Positions 1-7,649 of a DNA stretch of 28,154 nucleotides are shown one piece after another (the first letter of the stretch is position 1; every line of letters starts with the position of its first letter). The position numbers were made by a program, and so were the translations under genes. The stretch is taken from positions 1-28,154 of IMG/VR virus record IMGVR_UViG_3300032103_000258, one strand, 5' to 3'. This DNA is from a virus (taxonomy: Duplodnaviria; Caudoviricetes). Under the pieces are notes generated by a model. The model saw only the letters and a program-made list of their open reading frames with translations. It searched no databases and had not been told where the DNA came from.

Positions 1-1392
1 ATTGGGACGAATAATCCCGACGCAACACTACATTTGTTGGGAACGTTCAGTCTAGGCGATGCGGTTGCCAGCCGGATCAACATGGAGTTCATCGGCGGAC
101 TCTCGCGCATTACTACGGCGGCTTCACTGGGTTGGAGCCTTGAAGCGACGCACTCATCCGCGCCCCCAATCGTATTCAAGACAGGGTTCCCCTCACTCAC
201 CAACCGATTGGTCATTACAGGCACTGGGGATGTCGGGATCGGAACGAATACGCCGGCGCAGAAACTGGATGTGCTGGGCAGCATCAGGCACCTGGGCATG
301 ATCGGTGTGGGCCCCTCGTTGGGGGACCAGCATTGGCTGGATAACACGCCCAGCAAGGCCACGCGGCGCTCGATTGGCGCATCGGGCGATATGCTGCTGG
401 GAATGTACGATGGCAGCGTGTGGCATACGGCATTGACGATTAATAACGCCACGCGGGCGGTCAGGATCGGAACGAATAATGTGGTGTTCGCCCCGGAGCA
501 GCAAACGAACTGGCTAGGGGGGTTGACGCGAATGAATAACGTGCTGGTGAATGGTACCTTCACGCTGAACAGCACGCCGCAAACCCCCGGAGCGGCGGAT
601 AAGGTGGTGTTCTCGGTGAACCCGGACGGCAACGTGATCCTGAGCGATCTGGCGTATTCCAACGTGGCCACGAAGACTTGGGTGGTGGATCAAGGTTATG
701 GCACGGGCGGCACTGGGACGAGTGGGTTTTCGACTAACATGGCTCACCATGAGAAGTTGACAATCGCTTACAGTGACAACGATTTTTATTCAACAACCTC
801 TGAAAACGGCTGGTCTATCGGTTCTTCTGGTGGTTCAGTTGGAAACTCAACCGACACCGTAACTAATCGCCCTGGCATAGTCAACCTGCTAACCGGGTCA
901 AGTGCAACGGCGCATTCTTTTACAGGCGGTAATAATGCATCGGCTGTAGCTTTTGGAGGTGGCGAGTGTGCAAGTGAGTTTATCGTCAAATCACCCAACG
1001 AACTTTCAACGGTAGCGGAGACCTATGAAATCAGGGTTGGATTTAATGATACAGCTACCGGAGCGGCAACTGACGGTGCCTATTTCCAGTACACAACGAA
1101 CAACGCAAACTGGGTTGCTGTGGTTGCCAGAAATGGAACGAGAACCACAAATAATACGGGGTTGGTTTTTGCGGTTAATACCTGGTACAGACTGGGTGTT
1201 CATGTAAACGCAAACGCCAGCACGGTGACATTCTATGCCAATGGGGTTATTGCAACTACCATCTCAGACAACAACATTCCAACGAGCGCGGAATTGACTA
1301 GACCATACGCGGTAATTCAGAAGATTAACGGCACAACGTCGAGGTCACTGCACGTTGACTACGCTCGCTTCTGGAAGGTCATCTCCCGATAA
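1..1392 (+). CDS. Putative tail fibre / receptor-binding protein, 5'-truncated, with C-terminal ConA/LamG-like lectin domain
   Basis: Frame is open from base 1. Repeated fibre-type motifs IGTNNPDATLHLLG, VGIGTNTPAQKLDVLG, VRIGTNN; G/T/S/N-rich. C-terminus VNTWYRLGVHVNANASTVTFYANG...LHVDYARFW resembles a ConA-like beta-sandwich. Confidence 0.65.
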   Translation: MGTNNPDATLHLLGTFSLGDAVASRINMEFIGGLSRITTAASLGWSLEATHSSAPPIVFKTGFPSLTNRLVITGTGDVGIGTNTPAQKLDVLGSIRHLGMIGVGPSLGDQHWLDNTPSKATRRSIGASGDMLLGMYDGSVWHTALTINNATRAVRIGTNNVVFAPEQQTNWLGGLTRMNNVLVNGTFTLNSTPQTPGAADKVVFSVNPDGNVILSDLAYSNVATKTWVVDQGYGTGGTGTSGFSTNMAHHEKLTIAYSDNDFYSTTSENGWSIGSSGGSVGNSTDTVTNRPGIVNLLTGSSATAHSFTGGNNASAVAFGGGECASEFIVKSPNELSTVAETYEIRVGFNDTATGAATDGAYFQYTTNNANWVAVVARNGTRTTNNTGLVFAVNTWYRLGVHVNANASTVTFYANGVIATTISDNNIPTSAELTRPYAVIQKINGTTSRSLHVDYARFWKVISR

Positions 1393-2948
1393 TAAACCGA
1401 TTCTATATACTGCTTATTGCGTTTGCTGCGTTAACACTTAACGCCGCACCGTGGTACGCTGACAATGCGGCCACTGGGTTGAACAACGGCACAAGCTGGT
1501 CGAACGCGTGGACGAACCTTTCCAGTGTTGTTTGGGGCGCTTCCGGCGTTAAGGCGGGAGATACGCTTTACATATCCGGAGGCAGCACATCCAAAACATA
1601 CACCAACACGTTGACGGTTGGCGCGTCAGGAACGGCAGCCAGCAGGATAAGCATCCGGGTTTGGCAGGATGCCGGCCATAATGGCATCGTGAAGATTGAC
1701 GGATCAGGTTATGGACTATCTAGTACAATAGACGCCATAGCTGTGCATCGCGCTTATGTGACAATCAGCGGCGAGGTGGGTGGGGGCACCAACCTGCACA
1801 TTATCAACTGGCGGAACAGCACCAACAAGAACTATTCCCGCGGGATTGTCGGGCTTGATAGCTCCGACATCACTGTGTCCCATTGTGTCATCACCAATGT
1901 CAACACGGCGGTTCACCTAACCGGAGGAACCAACAAGATAATTGCTTATTGCAATATGCTGGCCTATGGAGACACGGTAATCTGCCTTAACAGCAGCAAG
2001 GCCAGGCCGGGAAACGAATGGGATTCACACCTGATATTCAGTAACCGGATAACCTGTATGTCATTGGATACAGCCCGCGGATTGGGCGGGCCGGATGGCG
2101 TGCAGTGCCTTGACGGCGTATCGATGTTTGAGAACGTGTTTCGCTGCTCCATAACAACGGAAACCAACTCGTCCAATCATACCGACTTTTTGCAGAGCAA
2201 CGGCTGGTAGCTTAAGGTGTACAACAATGAGTTCATAAACATTGGGGATTCCATGCTGAGTCCGGCTCCATTTGTTACCCCAAAGGGACTGGCAAACATC
2301 AGAATCTACAATAACATCTTCAGGATAGAGGAGATTGACACAGTTTCGGCTGGTTTTATCAGAATGTACAACTCTGCCGGGTTAATTGGTTACACCAACA
2401 TCCATATCATTAACAACCTGTTCATTGACAATACCAACAACAACATTGGCATATCAGTTGACGTTGAGGTAGGGAACAATCCCGGCACCAACAATATCAT
2501 TGCCAACAATATGTTCGTGAATTTCGGTGGCGCAGGAACCTATTCCTTGATGTGGAAATTGTTTCCAAGCTCTGGTGCAGGTCAATCCACATGGACAATA
2601 ACCAATAACATCATGCACGCTGGGGCCGGTCACACGCCGCGGGTTAGCTACTTGGGGACGGTTTACACGGTTGACGCATGGAAAACAAATTTTGACCCAA
2701 GTGTAAGGACGAATCTTCCGAACTTTGTCAACTACACGCCAAAGTCGCTCAATAATAACTTTCATTTATTGGGCAACAACACAGATGTTATAGGGCGCGG
2801 GATTGCTTATAGCGAACTATTCACCTCCGACAAGGATGGGACGGATCGCGGGACAACTTGGGATATTGGGCCGTATGAGCGTCAAGGTGGTGAATCGCAA
2901 CCAACTGGGCGCAAACTCAAGCTCAAGCTGCGGGCGCAGAATCCGTAA
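1392..2948 (+). pseudogene. Parallel beta-helix (pectate-lyase-like / depolymerase-like) protein with signal peptide, ATA at the apparent start and an internal TAG
   Basis: ORFs 1479-2210 and 2217-2948 share a frame, split by TAG at 2208-2210 (QSNGW*LKVYNNEF). The frame extends upstream to ATA 1392, giving signal-peptide-like NRFYILLIAFAALTLNA-APWYADNAATG. Asn-ladder repeats (IYNNIF, IINNLF, IANNMF, ITNNIM) and a choice-of-anchor-Q-like end (NFHLL...DKDG...WDIGPYE). Confidence 0.65.
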
Positions 2949-2987
2949 TTTCTTGCAGTCCATCAAACACAGCAAACAACAAAACCT

Positions 2988-3380
2988 ATGCCATTAACAC
3001 CTGAACAAACTGCCGCGCTGGAAAAAGCCATGATTGAACTTGGGGACGATTACCCCTTAGCCAAAGAAGCCATTGCGGCCATCAAGGCGAAGGATAAAGC
3101 TCGATTGGTCGCCTTGATTCCAAAGATTGCCGTCGAAGTCAAAGAAGACATCGCAGCCATCAAACCCGTGGTGAGCACCGCTAAAGTCGGCTACAAGACC
3201 ACAGAATTCTGGCTCATTGCTGCCTTCCTGGGATTCAACGTATGGTACCTCCAGAAGACCGGGAATGCCCTGCCGTTGGAATTGAACACGGTAATTGCGG
3301 CAGTCACGAGCGTTTACACCGTGATTCGAGGCATCCTGAAAAAACAGACACCTCAAGCGCCAACTCGGCGCGGCGCGTGA
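2988..3380 (+). CDS. Small two-TM membrane protein, possibly holin-like
   Basis: GYKTTEFWL followed by two hydrophobic segments and a basic C-terminus (RGILKK...RR). Confidence 0.5.
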   Translation: MPLTPEQTAALEKAMIELGDDYPLAKEAIAAIKAKDKARLVALIPKIAVEVKEDIAAIKPVVSTAKVGYKTTEFWLIAAFLGFNVWYLQKTGNALPLELNTVIAAVTSVYTVIRGILKKQTPQAPTRRGA

Positions 3381-3715
3381 TTCCCAGCGACGGCTCCATT
3401 CAGCATAACCGCTTGCCTTCTGGCGAGCTTGGACCAAGTAGCGACCAGAGTTTTGGACCAAGTAGCGACCAGAGTTTTGGACCAAGTAGCGACCAGAGTT
3501 TTGGACATAGTAGCTCCCGTTTCTATCCCACGGCGGGGTGCCGGGGACGTAGGGGACTGGGTGTCTGTTAACTTCGCGCGCTGGGCTCAAACGATTCTTG
3601 GTTATACCCAAGGTCTTCGTTGACCGCAGAGTCTGAGTCCGTGGCTACGAACCATGCGGGCCGGTGGACCAGACATTCTCAGCTCGACGAGGTTCAGCAC
3701 CACACCGATGCCGAT
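3381..3715 (-). ncRNA. Candidate structured RNA of unknown class
   Basis: Intergenic gap between convergent genes with several helices containing G-U pairs on the minus strand, e.g. 3714-3707/3701-3694; also 3685-3678/3637-3629 and 3612-3608/3601-3597. Confidence 0.35.
3429..3506. repeat. Perfect 24-bp tandem repeat TTGGACCAAGTAGCGACCAGAGTT x3.25
   Basis: Copies at 3429-3452, 3453-3476, 3477-3500 and partial TTGGAC 3501-3506. Confidence 0.97.
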
Positions 3716-4621
3716 CTAGTCCTCGTTGTAATCCTGCACCGCTGAAGCGTCGTGAACGTACTGGCGCTTGATTCGCTCAAAGTAGGATTGAAGCCCTGGA
3801 AGATCGTACTGCTCCACTAGAAATTGGCCGTTCCCCCAAACCAACGACGACGGTTGAGGGACGTCAGGCACATCAGGGTCAAGCAACGTCAGGTCCAAGC
3901 TTTCGTAGAAGACTGGCTTTAGCTCGTCAGGAATCTGGCGTTCAATCACGGTCAGCGCCTCGTTGAAGTCCATCTCCTCGGTCACTTCGCTGAACAGCTT
4001 CTCGACTTTCTTCGGACCCCACCCACGAATCCCAGGCACAGCGTCTCCAGGGTCGCCCAGGATGGCCAAGGCAATGGCGATTTGAATGGGACGCTTGACT
4101 TTCCACCGGTGCAGGATGAACGACCTGGACAAGACCGACTTCTCGTTCAAGCAATAGTAGTGGACGTTTCCACCCTGGAGCTGCTGAAGGTCTTTGTCGC
4201 CCGACGCCACGTACATTTGGACCGGCAAGTCCACCGCACGGTAGATGGCCGTGGCCACGCAGTCGTCGGCTTCATGCGAGGGTGGGATGGCGTTGGCCGC
4301 CCCGAACAGAAATTGAAGCACGCTGGTAAACCTGGACAGCTCCTCGTCATACTCAGGGGTCTTGTCAGGCCGAGGTTTCTCACGCTTTGCAGCGGTGTCC
4401 CAGCAAAACAAGGTGCGATCAACCCGCCCGATTTTGCCGCTGTGTTGGTCTAGCAACGACAGCGCGATCTTGACCCCAGTGTCAATACCCGCAATTGGGT
4501 TTCCTTCAGCGTCTTGAAGCGGGTTACTCTGAGAGGCGTACCAAGCGCGGGCAAATAGCGAGTTCCCGTCAACAATCAAGTCAACTCGGTCATTCCCGTT
4601 TCCGCTCGTCGGCATAGGCAT
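3716..4621 (-). CDS. 5'-3' exonuclease / flap endonuclease (T4 RNase H, T5 D15, PolA N-domain family)
   Basis: Motifs IVDGNS, FCWD, HEADD, ASGDKDLQQL and H3TH LGDPGDAVPGIRGWGPK. Confidence 0.93.
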   Translation of the reverse strand: MPMPTSGNGNDRVDLIVDGNSLFARAWYASQSNPLQDAEGNPIAGIDTGVKIALSLLDQHSGKIGRVDRTLFCWDTAAKREKPRPDKTPEYDEELSRFTSVLQFLFGAANAIPPSHEADDCVATAIYRAVDLPVQMYVASGDKDLQQLQGGNVHYYCLNEKSVLSRSFILHRWKVKRPIQIAIALAILGDPGDAVPGIRGWGPKKVEKLFSEVTEEMDFNEALTVIERQIPDELKPVFYESLDLTLLDPDVPDVPQPSSLVWGNGQFLVEQYDLPGLQSYFERIKRQYVHDASAVQDYNED

Positions 4622-4754
4622 TGTGCTCTTCTAGAATCCACTCGCGCACAAAGGCCGGGACGTTAGACAGGTCGATCGTCAGGTTTCTTGAGTGGAACGC
4701 CAGCCTTGCCATCTGGCGCCAATGGTGCTCGAGTCCCTCCTCCGCTGTGCTCAC
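4590..4754 (-). CDS. Small gp51-like baseplate hub/tail assembly protein (own GTG start or frameshift extension)
   Basis: VSTAEEGLEHHWRQMARLAFHSRNLTIDLSNVPAFVREWILEE begins right after the FF of the upstream gp26-like ORF; position and pattern recall T4 gp51 / tail chaperone T domains. Confidence 0.5.
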   Translation of the reverse strand: MSTAEEGLEHHWRQMARLAFHSRNLTIDLSNVPAFVREWILEEHNAYADERKRE

Positions 4755-5511
4755 GAAAAAACTTTTCGTTAAAGACAAGGGGAAACTGAAACTCGTGACC
4801 GCACGCATCGCAGGTCCAGTCAATGTCAGTGTTCAAGTGCGGGTACAAGGCGTCCTCCTGGTCAGTGAGGAACTTCTTGTCGACTGGAGCCAAGGCGTTG
4901 TACCACGTCAACAGCTCGTCAAAAGAGTCCGGAGTCGACTCGTTGATGTCTACCACTGGAATCAGCACGCGGCACACGCGGTCTGGGTACTTCTTACGAA
5001 CGTCGTCAGGCCGGTTGTCGATTGCCGTCATGTCGCCGATCAGCATCGGGCGAATTTTCACCACATCTTTGCAGTCCGGAAGCGTGATCGTGTCGTAGCC
5101 TGGGTAGTTGGCCGGTTTTTCGCCAATGCGCGCCAACTGGTCAGGCACCGACATGGAATCAACGTGACGGTGTTCGCACACCGGACAGGTGGCCACGTAT
5201 GAAATCTGGTTATTGTGCGAGAGCGCCCGAGAAACCAGCAGCACGGTCGACACGTCGCCCACGACAAACTTCTCAATTGGGCAGCCGTTCAGGTCGCAAA
5301 CCCGACCCAACAGGTCCCACATGAAGTTTTTTACGCCGCGCTGAGCGCGTTCAGCTGCCCAAGCGTCCACATCGGCGTCCCATGGAAACACCGTGATCTT
5401 TCCATCAGGAAGCGCTTCAGGGCACGAGTAGCCATGCGACATCAGCGTGATTTCTTTGCGCAGCCGCGTTCTCGACGGCGTCATGTCCTTCATGTTGGTT
5501 TTAATAGCCAT
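4663..5511 (-). CDS. Baseplate hub assembly chaperone (T4 gp26-like)
   Basis: Start ATG 5511 (MAIKTNMK). Two CxxC pairs (CPVC, CDAC) with FF after the second; D..VLLVSRALS and KIRPML motifs. The extension to 5745 overlaps an opposite-strand gene and promoter. Confidence 0.7.
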   Translation of the reverse strand: MAIKTNMKDMTPSRTRLRKEITLMSHGYSCPEALPDGKITVFPWDADVDAWAAERAQRGVKNFMWDLLGRVCDLNGCPIEKFVVGDVSTVLLVSRALSHNNQISYVATCPVCEHRHVDSMSVPDQLARIGEKPANYPGYDTITLPDCKDVVKIRPMLIGDMTAIDNRPDDVRKKYPDRVCRVLIPVVDINESTPDSFDELLTWYNALAPVDKKFLTDQEDALYPHLNTDIDWTCDACGHEFQFPLVFNEKFFREHSGGGTRAPLAPDGKAGVPLKKPDDRPV

Positions 5512-5518
5512 GCTTAAA

Positions 5519-5523
5519 AGAAC
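5519..5523 (-). promoter_or_regulatory. GTTCT motif 7 nt before ATG 5511 (candidate second promoter class)
   Basis: GTTCT TTTAAGC ATG; same motif before starts at 19235 and 21531. Confidence 0.4.
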
Positions 5524-5581
5524 TTGTTCTCTGGAACAGTAGACGCACCGTGATAAAAACTGTGAAACTTTCAAGAATTTG

Positions 5582-5610
5582 TTTACAAATGCAGGAGCCC
5601 ACGGTATGTT
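5582..5610 (+). promoter_or_regulatory. Sigma70-type promoter, probably leaderless
   Basis: TTTACA-17 nt-TATGTT, then 6 nt to GTG 5617; closely resembles the promoter at 14882. Confidence 0.65.
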
Positions 5611-5616
5611 CTCCCC

Positions 5617-6111
5617 GTGACGGAAACGCAACAGATTATGAAGCAACAAATTATGCAACAAATTATGAAGCAAAGCAAAATCGCGATTCTGTCCGCGGAT
5701 GGGCTGCGCCCTGTCCTGCAGGCAGTGGAGGACGCGCTCAAACAATCCTCCAAACCCACCAAAGCCCTCGTCGTCCAGACGTTGGCTCGCCAGGGCCTCT
5801 GCTCAGCGTCCAGCTCGGGGACCGAGAAAACGTTGGTCGCAGCGGCGTCCAAACTCGGTCTGACCATCCCGCCGACCCTGTCCATCTTGATGGGGGAAGC
5901 TGTCCCCCGGTCGACGCCGGGGTCGACGCCAGCCCCGGAACTCCCGTCTCAGGGTCGGATGCTGCTGTGCCTGAAGTCAGTCAGCCAGATCGACACCGTC
6001 GGTGGCCGGGCCAAGATCACCTTCAACGATGGCAGCAAAAAGTCCACTGGCAAGTTCGACGTGTCCGCCTTTCGTTCGAGCTGCAACCTGATCGAGTTCA
6101 ACGTCTCATAG
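5617..6111 (+). CDS. Hypothetical protein
   Basis: 164-aa ORF with phage-like codon use directly behind a sigma70-type promoter; N-terminal QQIM(K) repeats. Confidence 0.7.
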   Translation: MTETQQIMKQQIMQQIMKQSKIAILSADGLRPVLQAVEDALKQSSKPTKALVVQTLARQGLCSASSSGTEKTLVAAASKLGLTIPPTLSILMGEAVPRSTPGSTPAPELPSQGRMLLCLKSVSQIDTVGGRAKITFNDGSKKSTGKFDVSAFRSSCNLIEFNVS

Positions 6112-6440
6112 AGCTCAACCGGCGCATCAACAAAACTGGCGCCCTCGTCTATGGTCCATTCGCCTTCACAACTGGAATTTTGCTCGCTGCTGGAAGCCGC
6201 TGGGCTTGGCTGGGTGTCATTCCTGCTTGTTGGTTTGTTGGCATGCTGTTCAGCCACCTTGTCTTCGGGCGCTGTGTGCTCAACGAGCTTGTCCGGCGAA
6301 TGTCCCACTTCAAGACGCGAGCCGTCACCAAAGCAACCACCTACACAAATGTGGCCTCATGGCCTAAGTCCGCTGGGCATCACCATCGAGTGGCGCAGGT
6401 TAGCGGGGCCCTAATCGAACGCATCTACGACGAATCATGA
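6108..6440 (+). CDS. Hypothetical two-TM membrane protein, start uncertain
   Basis: 3' part of ORF 5550-6440 fills the gap between two genes, has two hydrophobic segments and ends in an ATGA overlap with the next gene. In-frame ATA 6108 overlaps the upstream TAG. Confidence 0.45.
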   Translation: MELNRRINKTGALVYGPFAFTTGILLAAGSRWAWLGVIPACWFVGMLFSHLVFGRCVLNELVRRMSHFKTRAVTKATTYTNVASWPKSAGHHHRVAQVSGALIERIYDES

Positions 6441-6880
6441 AACCTACATTTCTCATTGTCAACGGGCCGCAAGGCACCAAGGCGCTGAACTCCCAGGACC
6501 TGCGCGTCGCAATCCTGCGGAATGGACAGGCGACGATGGCAACTTCGGTCTCTCACCTCACCTTCAACTGCAGCCAGTACATGGCTGACCGGATCAAGAA
6601 GGAAATCCGCGACCGCTACAACCTGGTGGACGTGAGCTCGAGCGGACTTCGGGTGCAAAACCTGAAGAAAAACCACGCCGTCCTGTGCCTCAAGACGGCG
6701 GATGACACCACCGTCTTGGTGTGGCCCAAGGCACTTCAATCGCTGAGCGCCGAAGGCAACAAGCTGGTGGTCAAGGCGTCAGTTCCGCGGGGCGTGGAAA
6801 GCGAGTTCTCCATCGTATGCCAAGCTGTGCTCGACGACCAAGTCGTCTTGGTGGAGCTCGGCGCCATGCTGGTTGGCTAG
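6437..6880 (+). CDS. Hypothetical protein
   Basis: 147-aa ORF with ATGA coupling and GC3-rich codons. Confidence 0.75.
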   Translation: MKPTFLIVNGPQGTKALNSQDLRVAILRNGQATMATSVSHLTFNCSQYMADRIKKEIRDRYNLVDVSSSGLRVQNLKKNHAVLCLKTADDTTVLVWPKALQSLSAEGNKLVVKASVPRGVESEFSIVCQAVLDDQVVLVELGAMLVG

Positions 6881-6886
6881 TTACTC

Positions 6887-6966
6887 TGCGCGGCCGGCGG
6901 CAGTTTCCCTGGGAATGCTCCCCCACATTCCCGCCTCCTTGGCTCGCCGTTGGCTGCGCACCTTTT
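6887..6966 (+). ncRNA. Candidate small structured RNA with C/U-rich loops
   Basis: 15-bp stem 6887-6901/6946-6960 with three G-U pairs; inner stem GGGAATG/CATTCCC; preceded by CTAGTTA and followed by CCTTTT. Confidence 0.55.
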
Positions 6967-6998
6967 GACAAAAGGGCCTGAGAGAACCTCAGGCCCTT
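6963..6998. terminator. Intrinsic terminator for the tail sheath/tube transcript, possibly bidirectional
   Basis: AAGGGCCTGAG-agaac-CTCAGGCCCTT 11-bp hairpin with T tract on the minus strand, between convergent genes. Confidence 0.8.
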
Positions 6999-7016
6999 CG
7001 TAACTTGGTCTGGCCT

Positions 7017-7640
7017 CTACAGCTTGAAGGACGGCTTGAAGGTCATATTGTTGATGTTGACCGGGTAATAACGGTCAACGTTCAATGTGAAGTCGAGCAT
7101 GACCAGGGCAGCGTCGCCCGTGGCTGACATGTCAGCGCCGCTGGGCTTCATCCCGGTAATCAGGCAGCCTTCCAAGGTGTACTTCAGCCCCGGACGCATC
7201 GCGGCTTCCGTCTCGGTCTGCGAGATTTTCTCCTGCTCCACCATGTTGGGGATCAGCCACCAAAACTCTCCGTTGGCCTTGATGGTTGTGGTTTGAGCCA
7301 CGCCGCCAGTGCGCGGATTGGACGTCATTTGGTGCCACCTCTCCAGGACCATGACCGTGGCCTGATTGAACGCGTACCGGACAGGGATTTCGATCGGCCC
7401 TGTCGGGGTGTCGGCGCCGAGTTGAAAGTTGGTCATGTTGAGGTACTTGATCGGCAGCACCTCGCGTTTGCGGTCAGGAAACGGGAATTTGGTGACAGCG
7501 AACTCCACGTCATTGGACCAGTTCGTGATCCCGCCCAAAGTCCTTGGGAGGTGAATCTGGACCTTGAACAGATCAGCACGCTGTTGGTCGTACCCAGAAT
7601 CCTTTGAACCCCAAAGGTTCTTGTATTGCATTTTTGGCAT
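7017..7640 (-). CDS. Tail tube protein (T4 gp19-like)
   Basis: Directly follows the sheath gene; 207 aa; pattern RADLFKVQI...FPFPDR...LERWHQM...YTLEGCLIT...FTLNVD. Confidence 0.85.
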   Translation of the reverse strand: MPKMQYKNLWGSKDSGYDQQRADLFKVQIHLPRTLGGITNWSNDVEFAVTKFPFPDRKREVLPIKYLNMTNFQLGADTPTGPIEIPVRYAFNQATVMVLERWHQMTSNPRTGGVAQTTTIKANGEFWWLIPNMVEQEKISQTETEAAMRPGLKYTLEGCLITGMKPSGADMSATGDAALVMLDFTLNVDRYYPVNINNMTFKPSFKL

Positions 7641-7649
7641 AACAAACCT

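Noticed and set aside
2208-2210. Genome-wide TAG reassignment (code 15)
   Set aside because: TAG cleanly ends several genes (6880, 7017, 14871, 15641, 16956) and long genes show no internal TAG.
740-2948. Diversity-generating retroelement target or template (many AAC codons)
   Set aside because: No TR/VR repeat pair or reverse transcriptase seen; Asn richness fits a beta-helix ladder.
3370-3400. tRNA/tmRNA 3' end (GATTCCC...CTCCA)
   Set aside because: Spacing is wrong, with no TTCG T-loop and no matching acceptor stem.
3429-3506. CRISPR array
   Set aside because: Repeats are contiguous with no spacers and no cas genes are visible.
3378-3623. TGA readthrough joining 2988-3380 to in-frame ORF 3429-3623
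   Set aside because: The extension has no recognisable protein features and its openness is helped by the 24-bp repeat.
5512-5745. N-terminal extension of the gp26-like ORF and 5' part of ORF 5550-6440
   Set aside because: Both overlap the promoter and the better-supported gene at 5617-6111.
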